A stretch of DNA of 64,000 bases, from positions 36,017 through 100,016 of the IMG/VR virus record IMGVR_UViG_3300032093_000049. One strand, written 5' to 3'. A program made the position numbers and the translations under genes. The notes beneath the pieces are model-generated. The model did no database searches. It was not told the origin of the DNA and saw only the letters and a program-made list of their open reading frames with translations. Below, one piece after another: positions 1-9,723 of this stretch; position 1 is the first letter of the stretch, and the number at the start of each line of letters is the position of its first letter. The DNA is from a virus.

Positions 1-11
1 TGAAAAATAGA

Positions 12-41
12 AAACCCCGGACTCTCTTGTCCAGGGTCTTC
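12..41 (-). terminator. Probable intrinsic terminator after the last late gene in the window
   Basis: Imperfect inverted repeat ccccggac/gtccaggg, followed on the minus strand by a T-rich run. Confidence 0.55.
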
Positions 42-79
42 CGTGTTTGTCACAGAACCAACAAACCTGCAACATATCT

Positions 80-565
80 TTAACCTATGACTATAATTCT
101 TGTTGAACCACCAGCATCTGTTCTTGATACATTTAAACTATTGGCCGTATAACTGTTAACTACATAATCAGTCCCATGAACGAGTAGTGTATTAGATGCA
201 TCATCAATAAGTTGTACAGTCACAAAAGTAGAATTTAGATTATGATTGATAGGTACAACTGCTAGTGTAGCTAATACTAAAGTGTCAGTATACTTAAAAG
301 CATTAGGTACAGGAAGGTTATCAATAACTCCACAGAAGTATGTAACAAGATCTTCTAATGCTAAAGCTACTGATGTATTTTGTGCAATTACAACATCTTG
401 ACCACATTCTAAATCTGGACCTGTATATACAATACACTGTGCATCAAATACCTCTGAGCATGGTTGAGGATCAGGACAGTTCTCAGGAGTTGGGCACGGT
501 GGTGGAGTTGTAAGATAAGTCTCACATCCACACTTTCCTAAATGACCACATGTTTTATTTGCCAT
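80..565 (-). CDS. Cys-rich putative virion protein (161 aa), shares an N-terminal Cys motif with 570..2045
   Basis: PCSEVFDAQCIVYTGPDLEC motif; C-terminal 'INHNLNSTFVTVQLID' resembles small phage structural beta domains. Confidence 0.6.
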   Translation of the reverse strand: MANKTCGHLGKCGCETYLTTPPPCPTPENCPDPQPCSEVFDAQCIVYTGPDLECGQDVVIAQNTSVALALEDLVTYFCGVIDNLPVPNAFKYTDTLVLATLAVVPINHNLNSTFVTVQLIDDASNTLLVHGTDYVVNSYTANSLNVSRTDAGGSTRIIVIG

Positions 566-569
566 GATA

Positions 570-2045
570 TTATCTTATTTCTTCTATGTAAAATTGTGCT
601 TGAAGCAAGTATCCAACTAATGATGGTGGAGTACCTTTGCTTCTAAATTTAAGTTCTACTGACTCTCCATTAGCAAGTGTAACTTTTTTAAAGAAGGATA
701 CATTTCTAGGAAGTCTTGCAGTTAAAAACTGAAATTCAGTATCATTAGTACTAGGAACTGTCTGAAGTGTTTCAGCAGAAGTTAGGTTGACTGGATTACC
801 TCCTGAATCAACCATAGATCCTACTAAACGTGTTTCTCCTGCAGAACTATATAATTGAACCACTCCATTTTTAAATAATCCGCCATCAACAACATTCCTT
901 ATTTCAGCTTCATTTGGAGCAGTAACAAAGAAATCTGAATCATAAGAGACTCTTACAAAAAAGTCTTTTGATACTCCTGAAGTATTTGTATAACTTAATC
1001 CTGTATAACCAGTAGGTTGAAAGTATGTTGAATCTACATATCCAGGGTCACTAGAAAGTTGAATTGGTGTAGTTGCTTCAGCATAATAGTTCAGAATAGG
1101 AGCTCGTCCTACATTATACGTTGTTAGTGCACCGGCTACAGTAGTAGTTACTGTTATATCATTTGATGCAGTTACATTGTATTGCATCAGTTCAATATTC
1201 CTAACATCACACAATGCTACCCAAATGTTTCTAATAGAGTCTGCAAGTGAAGCAGGTGTTGCCACCCATGATCCTGCATACTGAATTGACATAATAGTAG
1301 GACTAGTGTACTGATTTATTAATGCAGTATCTGTACTGAGTACACACTGAGATGCTACAGCTGTTGTTAAATCTCCTGCAGTTCCACCTACTCCTACAAG
1401 TGCAACATTCATTGGGCACCAAACATTATTAATAAACTCTTCAAGAATTTCATTAATAGGGAATGTTGCTGGAGATACAAGCGTACCGATGTCACATTGA
1501 ATTTCAAACTCAGGTGTTGTATAGTTAGTAAGACCTGCTACTGTTGTTTGAAGTGTAGTTACTTGAGTTTGCAAACTAGATATAGAAGCATTAATAACAC
1601 TAATCTCTGTTATTAAATCACAAATCTTATTTGCTATCTGTTGCACATATGTTACAAGACTTACTGTTCCTCCACCAAAACATGGAGCTGCAAGCATTAA
1701 GTAATCTGTAACAAGTGCTGATCTAGTTGTATCTGTAGTAGTAGTTGTAGTAGTAACTGTAGCTGGATCTATATTCTCAAGTGCACAAATTCTATTTATC
1801 AAAAACTGAATAAGTTCTTGAAAGTTATTTGGACCACAACTAGCAAGATTAAAACAACTAAGATCATATCCAGATACTTTTAAGTAATCTAGAATTGTAC
1901 ATAGTTCTGTTGCTAACTTAAAAGTAACATCAGATATAGTATCTCCCTTACATAGATTAATGCAAGGAATATCTTCACCTGCCCAAATTACACAATTGGA
2001 TGCTATTGGTGAACAAGGTGAGTTATCTAAGTTTAAAGGCTTCAT
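570..2045 (-). CDS. Putative tail fibre/virion protein with Cys-rich N-terminus and coiled coil (491 aa)
   Basis: CSPIASNCVIWAGEDIPC motif, heptad-like ISSLQTQVTTLQTTV segment, beta-rich C-terminus, late-module context. Confidence 0.55.
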   Translation of the reverse strand: MKPLNLDNSPCSPIASNCVIWAGEDIPCINLCKGDTISDVTFKLATELCTILDYLKVSGYDLSCFNLASCGPNNFQELIQFLINRICALENIDPATVTTTTTTTDTTRSALVTDYLMLAAPCFGGGTVSLVTYVQQIANKICDLITEISVINASISSLQTQVTTLQTTVAGLTNYTTPEFEIQCDIGTLVSPATFPINEILEEFINNVWCPMNVALVGVGGTAGDLTTAVASQCVLSTDTALINQYTSPTIMSIQYAGSWVATPASLADSIRNIWVALCDVRNIELMQYNVTASNDITVTTTVAGALTTYNVGRAPILNYYAEATTPIQLSSDPGYVDSTYFQPTGYTGLSYTNTSGVSKDFFVRVSYDSDFFVTAPNEAEIRNVVDGGLFKNGVVQLYSSAGETRLVGSMVDSGGNPVNLTSAETLQTVPSTNDTEFQFLTARLPRNVSFFKKVTLANGESVELKFRSKGTPPSLVGYLLQAQFYIEEIR

Positions 2046-2048
2046 ATA

Positions 2049-2081
2049 TATAATATACTAAATTTTACTTACTTATTCAAT
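2049..2081 (-). promoter_or_regulatory. Putative late promoter (ATTG-N20-TATATTATA)
   Basis: Same motif and spacing recur at 6566-6598 and 30083-30114. Confidence 0.5.
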
Positions 2082-4023
2082 TTCCGCAGGTGGTATTTGT
2101 TGTTGTCATACTAATATACCCGCAATCACAAGGTTGTGGACATCCACATGTGTTTGTTGGACTACATTCATAATCTGGATTGACCAATACTTCTAGCATA
2201 AGCATTTCATGTTTAATCAACCATTTTGTAAGTTCTTCAGGACAACAGTTGGTAATACCATATCTCTTAGACAAAGCATCCTTATACATCCACTCTGAGA
2301 AGTTACATTCTACTTTCTCATAATAATCATTTGAACAAGTTGCTGTATTATACCCTGGGGTAACTTTTCTTTTTGGTTGAGGTGGTAATGGACATTCTCC
2401 ATTTACACATTCACCAAATATATTTACAGTAATAACTGCAGTATTGACACCCCAATTTAATGCGCAAATTTTAGGTGTTGTTCCTTTACCATCAATATCT
2501 ACTTTTACAACATTAGCATTAATGTCTGTATAAGTAACTGAGTCACTTGTATTAGAGTTATTAGTAAAGGTTACGCACTGCGGAGTAAATGTTAAAAAAC
2601 ATTCTGGACAACCTTCATACTCAGTATCAAATATTACTTCACCAGTAATAGTTGTAGGATCTGTTACCGCAACTTCCCAGCATACATCAGGACAATATTT
2701 AATCTTAATTACCTTACCTACATAATCAGATAAGTCAGTAATTGTAACAATATCATCTTTAACACCCAAACAATCAGTAAGTATGTAAAAAGTTGCATTA
2801 CAAATTTCACAAGATTCAAATCCTACTGTTACTGTTACTGGTTGTGTAGTAGGTGGAATAATATCTATTGGCTCTACATACCAACATCCAGGGCAATCTA
2901 TATTTATATAAACAAACTCATACTGACTAAGATCAGTTGTAGTATAGATTATCTCTCCTGTAGTACATTCAGTAAGCTTGTATGATTGTCTTTGATTACA
3001 TGCTTGACAATTATAGAATACACCACTCAGAGTTGTAGCTATTGCACACTCACAAGATTCAGCACTGCTAAAAACTCTCCAGCACACATCTGAACCAACA
3101 ATAGTTATTGACTGGTTAGTATCTGCATATGTGCTAAGATTTGGATCAAGAGAGAATATATCATCTGCTATACCTGCACAATCTTCAAGTCTATAACATC
3201 CCGGACAATCAAATTCTCCATTAGATAAAACACAGTTACCAAATTCTTCTACAACCCAATTAGGTGATGGTGGTGTAATTAGTTGTGTAAAACATACTTT
3301 TTCTGTACTTATCCCTCTGATCTTACTTAGTGTAACATCAACTACTTGAGGTTCTGGTTTAGTACAATCATAGAATGATATTGTAATATCTGGACCTATT
3401 TGTGTTTTTTCTACCCACTTAAATCTTACACAAGTACATGGGTCACAATATACTGTACACTCTAGAGACTCACAATCAATTCCAGGATCTTGAGTAAAAT
3501 TAGATGCTTCTACAAGACTTCCAGAAGGAGGTCCTATTATAGGTCCTTGAACTTCAGTAACAGTATAACAACCTTCAGGAATATTTATATATCCTTCATC
3601 ACCATTATAAACATTTACTCCTTCTGTAATTTCATCTACTACAGTATACACTTGTATTACTGATCCTCCACAACAGTTTTGAATCTGATAAACATGATAT
3701 ACAGGATTAGGAGCAGACGTACAAGGACATTCTGCAGTAGGCTCTGAAGAACAGTTTAAATCACCAGTGTAGGTTAAGTTAGCTACAGGTATAGTATCCC
3801 ATGAAGAAACATCATACGGACTGTCTTCAGTATATTCTAATTTATAACATCTTCCTGTTATAAGACAAACTTCTTCAGTTTGTGTAACTGGAAAGCATAC
3901 TGTATCAAGTGGACCTGAATAATTATATACACCATCTACTAAAGGTGACGGTTCACTTCCAGGCTTTAAATAAAGCGGATGTGGTTCATTACAACATGGT
4001 GTTAGTAAATAGTATGCTGCCAT
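2077..4023 (-). CDS. Large Cys-rich repeat protein, putative virion component (648 aa)
   Basis: At least three ~63-aa repeats of the form YxLxxC...DLSxY...CWxV...F/YxxCxxC. Confidence 0.6.
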   Translation of the reverse strand: MAAYYLLTPCCNEPHPLYLKPGSEPSPLVDGVYNYSGPLDTVCFPVTQTEEVCLITGRCYKLEYTEDSPYDVSSWDTIPVANLTYTGDLNCSSEPTAECPCTSAPNPVYHVYQIQNCCGGSVIQVYTVVDEITEGVNVYNGDEGYINIPEGCYTVTEVQGPIIGPPSGSLVEASNFTQDPGIDCESLECTVYCDPCTCVRFKWVEKTQIGPDITISFYDCTKPEPQVVDVTLSKIRGISTEKVCFTQLITPPSPNWVVEEFGNCVLSNGEFDCPGCYRLEDCAGIADDIFSLDPNLSTYADTNQSITIVGSDVCWRVFSSAESCECAIATTLSGVFYNCQACNQRQSYKLTECTTGEIIYTTTDLSQYEFVYINIDCPGCWYVEPIDIIPPTTQPVTVTVGFESCEICNATFYILTDCLGVKDDIVTITDLSDYVGKVIKIKYCPDVCWEVAVTDPTTITGEVIFDTEYEGCPECFLTFTPQCVTFTNNSNTSDSVTYTDINANVVKVDIDGKGTTPKICALNWGVNTAVITVNIFGECVNGECPLPPQPKRKVTPGYNTATCSNDYYEKVECNFSEWMYKDALSKRYGITNCCPEELTKWLIKHEMLMLEVLVNPDYECSPTNTCGCPQPCDCGYISMTTTNTTCGN

Positions 4024-4037
4024 TTGTTTAGGTTTTC

Positions 4038-4193
4038 TTAACTCTTTCTAATTATTGTTGGCTGAGTAGTGTTGGTTTTTTTGCTTAGTTCATATTTACC
4101 AATACAGTTAGCACATACTTGTTTTCCGTCTGATGCTTTTTTCTTTTGACATCCACAAGAAAGTGTCCTTCCGCAATTTGAACATGTTGCCAT
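4038..4193 (-). CDS. 51-aa Cys-rich, putative metal-binding mini-protein (not in ORF track)
   Basis: Hand translation MATCSNCGRTLSCGCQKKKASDGKQVCANCIGKYELSKKTNTTQPTIIRKS; preceded by the aaccaacaaa leader typical of this arm. Confidence 0.75.
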   Translation of the reverse strand: MATCSNCGRTLSCGCQKKKASDGKQVCANCIGKYELSKKTNTTQPTIIRKS

Positions 4194-4214
4194 AATTTGT
4201 TGGTTTTTGTTGGT

Positions 4215-4757
4215 TTAACAATTAATACACTCTAATTTATTTAAAAGTTTGATTGCATAATTATAAAGTGTCATACCTTTCTGAGGTTCATGACAAAATT
4301 CTACTTTAGCTTTTGCCGCATCTAGATACATTCTTATCATCATGAGCTTATCTAGTTTCTCTTTTACTTTTGCCGGTGGATCACATGCAGCAAGATCAAG
4401 GTCACACATAGCCTTGTTGTATCTAGTCAAAGCCTTAGTAATTCTCAAATGATTGTACTCTACATATACTAGATCATTTGGTGACACACTGTACTTTATA
4501 ATATAAATACCGTCTGGTAATTCTGCATACACTTCACCACACTGAGTAGACTGCAACTGAAGATCACATGCAGTTAGTATCAGATTGAATCCTGATTTTA
4601 CATCAATCTGGTTAGAGTAGCCAAATCCAGGAACTGTAACATTAAGAGTCTCACAGGTGATAGGTACAATATCAGAATAAACACTTGTATCATTTATTGA
4701 AAGTATACAAGTATTCATTACCGTAGGTACTTCTAAACTTAAGACATGATTTGCCAT
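4215..4757 (-). CDS. Putative virion protein (180 aa)
   Basis: Intact ORF in the late operon; beta-rich N-terminus, helical C-terminus. Confidence 0.55.
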   Translation of the reverse strand: MANHVLSLEVPTVMNTCILSINDTSVYSDIVPITCETLNVTVPGFGYSNQIDVKSGFNLILTACDLQLQSTQCGEVYAELPDGIYIIKYSVSPNDLVYVEYNHLRITKALTRYNKAMCDLDLAACDPPAKVKEKLDKLMMIRMYLDAAKAKVEFCHEPQKGMTLYNYAIKLLNKLECINC

Positions 4758-4774
4758 GTGTAGATTTTTAAAAA

Positions 4775-4820
4775 AAGAAAAGGAGAGGAGAGATTTAAAC
4801 TCCCACTCTCCCGTTTCTTA
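4775..4820 (-). terminator. Intrinsic terminator after 4838..6529
   Basis: ggagag-gagag/ctccc-actctcc hairpin with a minus-strand T tract. Confidence 0.55.
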
Positions 4821-4837
4821 AGTTTGGTAATTAATTA

Positions 4838-6529
4838 TTAAACCAAGATTGGTTGTACTGGTAGAGGCTCAGACGGGAATCTAATAATAGAATCACAATC
4901 TGTTACACATGTGATAGGTTCAATCTCACATACTCCACAGTTTGCCAACCATCCTCCTACGCCTTCAGTAAATGCAGGTAGAGGATTAGTACCAAAAATT
5001 GGGTTAAGAGCAAATACTTCTAACAAGTACTGATCTGCATCAAATGTTCCAGTAGGGTTGTTGTGACGTGGCACATTGTGCTGTAGATAATATCTCCAGT
5101 AAAGAGCTCCACGGTCAACAGAAGAAATAATCTGGTTACCCTGTGTAATCTCCCTGATACGTAAATCAGTTGCTACAAAGTTCTGACGGTAAGACTCAGA
5201 AAGAATCATGTCACGGAGAACTGTTTCACCAAGTCCATTTACCTGACGGCCAAAACACTCATGAACTACACAGATACCATCAAATGTACATGGGTCTCCG
5301 TTAAGATCCATTTCAGAAACATAAAGTCTCACAGGCTCTTTCTCATAGAAGTCAGAGATTTGGAAAGTACAATCTCCAAAACGTGTATCTACATAAGCAC
5401 CGTTAAGAATCATACCTGCACAAGCTCCTTCAATATATCCTGGAGATACATAGTTATTCCAAGTGTCACCACCTACCTGAGCAAGGAATGCTGCTGAAGT
5501 TCCTGGAGCATACCAAAGTACACCTTCCTGATCTTGAATAACAATCTCTACAAATGGATTAACAATTGGAGATCTCAAGATAAGGTCTGCCCAACCAATC
5601 ATAACCAAAGTAGAATCTACCGGTACTGGTGCAATTTGTGGATCATCTGGGCTATCAGGACAACATCCTGTATAGAAAGATGCAGTATAGTATGCATTGT
5701 GGTTCAAATAACGTAGTGCAGGAGATCCTTTGATATCCAAACGTAGGTTATAAGTCTCACCACAAAGGAAAGGCTTGCAACAAGATTCACCACCTGAACC
5801 TGTAACAGGGTCTGTGTTAGCTTGAGTTACTGTAATATCAATTGTAGCATCACCAGTACCACCATCAATCGTAAGTGGTGATTCCGCAACATCATATCCT
5901 TTACCTGGAGCAATCAATGTTACACCAGTAACAGGACCAGGAGAAACTGCACATGTAACTTGTACAAGAGCACCTGTTCCAGCTACACTGCCTGTAAGAG
6001 GAAGAATATCACCATCAGTGTAGGTTGTTCCTCCAGCATTAACAGCTACAGAATCAATACCACCACCTGCAGTCCAGTATGTAGAACCTACGTGTAGTAC
6101 TTCATTCTGTGGAGCACAAGGTGCAACAGTGTAGAAGCGGGATACATAACGTGGGTTGATTACTTTAGACTTGTTAGTCTCAGTATAACCTCCTGCAAAA
6201 GGACCAATCTTATCTCTACTGTAAATTGCAGAACCTGCAAGATACAAAGGACAACACTCTTGTTCTAGAGCTGCAAGGTCAACAGAAGCGTTAGTTCTAG
6301 GATTAAAGAATCCAATATAACCACTTGTAAGTGGAGAACCAAAGATTCCTGTTTCTACTGCTTGAGAGATGAGGTTAAGTCCGTAAGTAGGAACACCTGC
6401 TGTAAGCAAATAACCACCATCAGTATCAACAGTAACTGCGCTGCCATCCACTAGTGTAATGTCAAAGTCAGAAACTGTGACACCGGTTGCTAGGAATGAC
6501 TTTTTAAATGCATGATTAAAATAAGCCAT
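4838..6529 (-). CDS. Virion structural protein (563 aa) with an inserted Gly-rich beta domain
   Basis: Own promoter-like motif and terminator suggest high expression; insert GGIDSVAVNAGGTTY...PGKGY. Confidence 0.55.
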   Translation of the reverse strand: MAYFNHAFKKSFLATGVTVSDFDITLVDGSAVTVDTDGGYLLTAGVPTYGLNLISQAVETGIFGSPLTSGYIGFFNPRTNASVDLAALEQECCPLYLAGSAIYSRDKIGPFAGGYTETNKSKVINPRYVSRFYTVAPCAPQNEVLHVGSTYWTAGGGIDSVAVNAGGTTYTDGDILPLTGSVAGTGALVQVTCAVSPGPVTGVTLIAPGKGYDVAESPLTIDGGTGDATIDITVTQANTDPVTGSGGESCCKPFLCGETYNLRLDIKGSPALRYLNHNAYYTASFYTGCCPDSPDDPQIAPVPVDSTLVMIGWADLILRSPIVNPFVEIVIQDQEGVLWYAPGTSAAFLAQVGGDTWNNYVSPGYIEGACAGMILNGAYVDTRFGDCTFQISDFYEKEPVRLYVSEMDLNGDPCTFDGICVVHECFGRQVNGLGETVLRDMILSESYRQNFVATDLRIREITQGNQIISSVDRGALYWRYYLQHNVPRHNNPTGTFDADQYLLEVFALNPIFGTNPLPAFTEGVGGWLANCGVCEIEPITCVTDCDSIIRFPSEPLPVQPILV

Positions 6530-6565
6530 TGTTGTTTGTTTTTGTTAATAAATAAAAATATACAG

Positions 6566-6598
6566 TATAATATAATTAAAGTTTTGATAAAAACCAAA
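6566..6598 (-). promoter_or_regulatory. Putative late promoter (TTTG-N20-TATATTATA)
   Basis: Resembles the Bacteroidota -33 TTTG / -7 TAnnTTTG architecture with a variant -7 box. Confidence 0.55.
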
Positions 6599-6613
6599 TC
6601 TTTAGTAAAAATT

Positions 6614-7240
6614 TTATCCTGCTACTTCTGCCATGTCATTATCAAGAAATCTCAATGCTAATGGATCAGTACCAAAAGTTTTAAGTTTATCTAACCATGT
6701 TTGCATCTTATCATGTTCTTCTACTTGTTCTTTTAGATAAGATAGGCAAAGCTCATACAACATGTGATCTTTCATACCAAGGGCATGGTCTGCCATCTTC
6801 TTAATTTGAGTTGATACCTCTATCTCATGTTCATAAGATAGTTGTACAATCTCAGGAAGGCTGCCTGAAAAATCTTGTTGCGGTTGGTCAAGTCTAGGGG
6901 TTAATGGTTGTACACCAAATGCTAATAGATACTTACGTGCTATATCTGCATGTGTAAGTTCTTCATCTGAATACTTTCTCCATAGTGCCGCTGCACCTTT
7001 AAAACCTTTTTCATCCAACCACATGTTCATTGCCATGTAGATTCTAGAAGAGTATTCTTCTTGTTGAATACGGTAGTTAAGATACTCTACACATGATTCT
7101 GTGATGAGTGGATTGATAGTTTTAAAGTCTGGAGTCTCCTTAGTAGTACCTGTGCTTGGTTTATCAATTGCAGGTACACCTGTTGAAGCAGGCATCTTTA
7201 CTACTTCCGGTCTCTTAAGCATTCTTGGTTTTTGTTCCAT
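6614..7240 (-). CDS. ftnA: Ferritin (non-heme, FtnA-like) with ~40-aa N-terminal extension
   Basis: Ferroxidase-centre pattern: QEEYSSRIY, DEELTHA, YEHE, YLKEQVEEH. Confidence 0.88.
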   Translation of the reverse strand: MEQKPRMLKRPEVVKMPASTGVPAIDKPSTGTTKETPDFKTINPLITESCVEYLNYRIQQEEYSSRIYMAMNMWLDEKGFKGAAALWRKYSDEELTHADIARKYLLAFGVQPLTPRLDQPQQDFSGSLPEIVQLSYEHEIEVSTQIKKMADHALGMKDHMLYELCLSYLKEQVEEHDKMQTWLDKLKTFGTDPLALRFLDNDMAEVAG

Positions 7241-7245
7241 TACTA

Positions 7246-7944
7246 TTAGTTGTTACGTTCTGCAGTTTCTGTACCTCTAGAGAATTGATTACCTGATTCA
7301 ATATCTCCTGCTAATATACTAGCTGCTTCATCTATTATTAATTCTATGATATCATCTTTAAACTCACAGAGTACTTCTTGAGTTGACTCTACATTTGTAT
7401 ATGGATCTACACAACCTTGAATCTGAATCTTTCTTGGTTGTCTGTAGTATATAAGTGCTGCGGTATCTATACCAAAGTCATTATTGGTATAGATATTTAC
7501 CCGATTACCTTTAAGAGTAGCAAAAGTCTCTGCCCACTCAAAACTAGGTTGTTTAGCTTTATCTCTCAAAAGTTGATTAAGGTTTCCTTCCTCTGCTAGA
7601 TATACTGTCATACGTCTGTTATCACAGCAATCTTTTTTAGCAAATACATCAACTCTCTTCCACTGCAGATAATCAACAGGAATGGCACCGTCAACGTAAC
7701 CATTACCATCTGATACTAATAAAGCTTCAGTAACTAGAAGAACATGGAGATCATCTTTTCTCCGGGTAGATCCCTCATCTCCTTCTTTAGTAAGATTAAT
7801 ACCATGAAGCTGTCTGCGGGCCCACTCAACCTGTGCCTTATTAAATGCCTCAACTACTTGCCAACATTCAATGTTATCATAGTCTTGAGAGTCTAGTTTG
7901 TTTAGACGTTGCTTAAGCTTTATGGTAATAGTACTATTAAGCAT
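7246..7944 (-). CDS. Putative head-tail connector/neck ring protein (232 aa)
   Basis: LNKLDS...FNKAQ N-terminus and YYRQP motif recall crAss-like ring proteins; position downstream of the capsid gene. Confidence 0.55.
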   Translation of the reverse strand: MLNSTITIKLKQRLNKLDSQDYDNIECWQVVEAFNKAQVEWARRQLHGINLTKEGDEGSTRRKDDLHVLLVTEALLVSDGNGYVDGAIPVDYLQWKRVDVFAKKDCCDNRRMTVYLAEEGNLNQLLRDKAKQPSFEWAETFATLKGNRVNIYTNNDFGIDTAALIYYRQPRKIQIQGCVDPYTNVESTQEVLCEFKDDIIELIIDEAASILAGDIESGNQFSRGTETAERNN

Positions 7945-7947
7945 GGA

Positions 7948-8328
7948 TTATTTCTTTTTCTTTTTTACTACTCCACCTTTTTTTTGTTGTGGAATTTGAT
8001 TCTGCATTTCATCCATATACATGCTTCCCATTCCAGAACCAGGTCCTGACACATTCACTGGTTTATTTCTAACAGTAGAAGGAATAAATATTGGATTTCC
8101 TAAACTATCAGTTGTATACTGTGGATACATTGCGTTTAGTTGCTGTAGTTGTTTTATTCTTTCCTTTGCTGGATCATAGTAATTTACATCATTAACATTT
8201 CCTTGACCTAATTGAGCTTTAGGTAAAGACTTCTTAAATGCTTTCATAGCACCACCAGCTTTCATATAAGCTTTAGCTTTATTATCATTGAAAGTCTTAA
8301 ACGGATTTGATGTAGTTTTCTTTTTCAT
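7948..8328 (-). CDS. Small basic protein with KxGG motifs (126 aa)
   Basis: MKAGG, QKKGG, poly-Lys termini. Confidence 0.65.
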   Translation of the reverse strand: MKKKTTSNPFKTFNDNKAKAYMKAGGAMKAFKKSLPKAQLGQGNVNDVNYYDPAKERIKQLQQLNAMYPQYTTDSLGNPIFIPSTVRNKPVNVSGPGSGMGSMYMDEMQNQIPQQKKGGVVKKKKK

Positions 8329-8330
8329 GA

Positions 8331-8498
8331 TTATTTCTTTTTACGGGCAGCAGCCATTTTCTTAAAAGTCTTAGCAAGAGCTTTTGCTCTACCAGTACAG
8401 CCAGGTTTAGTAATAGGTGTACACTTACCTTCAGTGCCTCTACGTTTAATAGAGGCAGTAGCTTTCTGTATCCACTTCTTATCTTTTTTCTGAGCCAT
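8331..8498 (-). CDS. 55-aa basic protein (not in ORF track)
   Basis: MAQKKDKKWIQKATASIKRRGTEGKCTPITKPGCTGRAKALAKTFKKMAAARKKK; TAATG stop/start overlap with the upstream gene. Confidence 0.8.
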   Translation of the reverse strand: MAQKKDKKWIQKATASIKRRGTEGKCTPITKPGCTGRAKALAKTFKKMAAARKKK

Positions 8499-8761
8499 TA
8501 CTTTTTCTTTTTAGAGGTAGACTTCTTTTTAATAATACCTCTTCCCATTAGGATATCTTTCTTAGTTACTTTACCGTCTCCAGAAATATCAGGAAAAGAT
8601 TTTGCTGAACCACCTTTCTTAAGAATTCTACCATCAGTTCTTGGGTTGTTACCATAACCAGGCATACCTACAATAGTTTTTGTAGCACCACCTGCTTTTT
8701 TTCTAGGGAGTGCTGTTGGTGTTTTTTTTACACCTCCTCCACATGCCATACATCTTGCCAT
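8498..8761 (-). CDS. Small basic protein with KxGG motifs and an EF-hand-like loop (87 aa)
   Basis: KKAGG, LKKGG, FPDISGDGKVTKKDIL. Confidence 0.7.
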   Translation of the reverse strand: MARCMACGGGVKKTPTALPRKKAGGATKTIVGMPGYGNNPRTDGRILKKGGSAKSFPDISGDGKVTKKDILMGRGIIKKKSTSKKKK

Positions 8762-8779
8762 GACTTATATATAATTAAA

Positions 8780-9139
8780 TTAACAATTCCACTTTCTTAA
8801 AGACTTATTAATCCTTGAGTTAGGATCATTAGCTGTCTTAGAGCTTGTTAGTTTTTTCTTCATACCTGACATTCTTTTACAAAATGACTTGCGTCTCTTT
8901 GCTGCTTTGCTGTCAGGATCTAGTTTAGAAGGTTTAGTAGTTACAGCTGTCTTAAGTTTACTACCTGGATTTTCTCTTCTATAAGATGCTACTCCTTTAG
9001 CATTAAGACCACCAGACTCAGATTTACCCTCCTTACGCGTCCATGCAGGTGTAGAGCCACCTTTCTTCATCTTAGGTGTTTTACCAGCTTTCTTCATTGA
9101 GATAGCTATTGCTGCTTGTTGTGCTCTACTCTTTGCCAT
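8780..9139 (-). CDS. Basic protein, DUF6321-like (119 aa)
   Basis: AWTRKEGK..GGLNAKG...RRKSFCKRM...LRKWNC pattern recalled from phage proteins. Confidence 0.7.
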   Translation of the reverse strand: MAKSRAQQAAIAISMKKAGKTPKMKKGGSTPAWTRKEGKSESGGLNAKGVASYRRENPGSKLKTAVTTKPSKLDPDSKAAKRRKSFCKRMSGMKKKLTSSKTANDPNSRINKSLRKWNC

Positions 9140-9141
9140 GG

Positions 9142-9381
9142 TTACTTCATTTTGCCATTAGCCAAGTTGCTAAACATCTTAGCTTGTTCCATTGCCATCT
9201 TCTTTACATCAGACATGAGTTTTGCATCCTTCTGGATCTCAGCAGCTCTCTTTAATGTTGACATAGCAGATTCAACTTCCCACTTTCTCATATCAGCTTT
9301 GTTACCACCCATAATAGAAATACCTAATGAAGAAGATTTCTTAGCTGGAGTTTTCTTTACTGTTGTTTTTTTTATTGCCAT
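9142..9381 (-). CDS. Small basic protein (79 aa)
   Basis: Tightly packed ORF with Lys-rich N-terminus. Confidence 0.65.
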   Translation of the reverse strand: MAIKKTTVKKTPAKKSSSLGISIMGGNKADMRKWEVESAMSTLKRAAEIQKDAKLMSDVKKMAMEQAKMFSNLANGKMK

Positions 9382-9384
9382 AAC

Positions 9385-9723
9385 TTATGCTTTACTCACT
9401 CTTCTACCCATACCTACTCTAGATTTCTCTGCTTTCTTAGCAGCTAGTTTAGAAGGTGTTAGTTCATATTTAGTTTTTGGTGTTTTACTTGAAACCTTTT
9501 TTGTGGGACGGCAGTATTCATTTTTACCACCGGCCCCACAAGGTTTTCCAGATTTAGTGTCTTGCCACTTTTCTTTTTGCCATCTTTTAAGCTCAGTACC
9601 TTCTTTGGTCTTTCTTACTTGACCTTTACCTTTACGGCACTTAGCAATAGCTTGAGAAGCCCTTGCTGAAGGGAACACCGCATACCGGGCTTTTACACTA
9701 TGATAACAAGAATCTTTTGGCAT
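9385..9723 (-). CDS. Basic protein, DUF5872-like (112 aa)
   Basis: LKRWQKEKWQD...PCG...YCRP..KVSSKTPKT pattern. Confidence 0.7.
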   Translation of the reverse strand: MPKDSCYHSVKARYAVFPSARASQAIAKCRKGKGQVRKTKEGTELKRWQKEKWQDTKSGKPCGAGGKNEYCRPTKKVSSKTPKTKYELTPSKLAAKKAEKSRVGMGRRVSKA

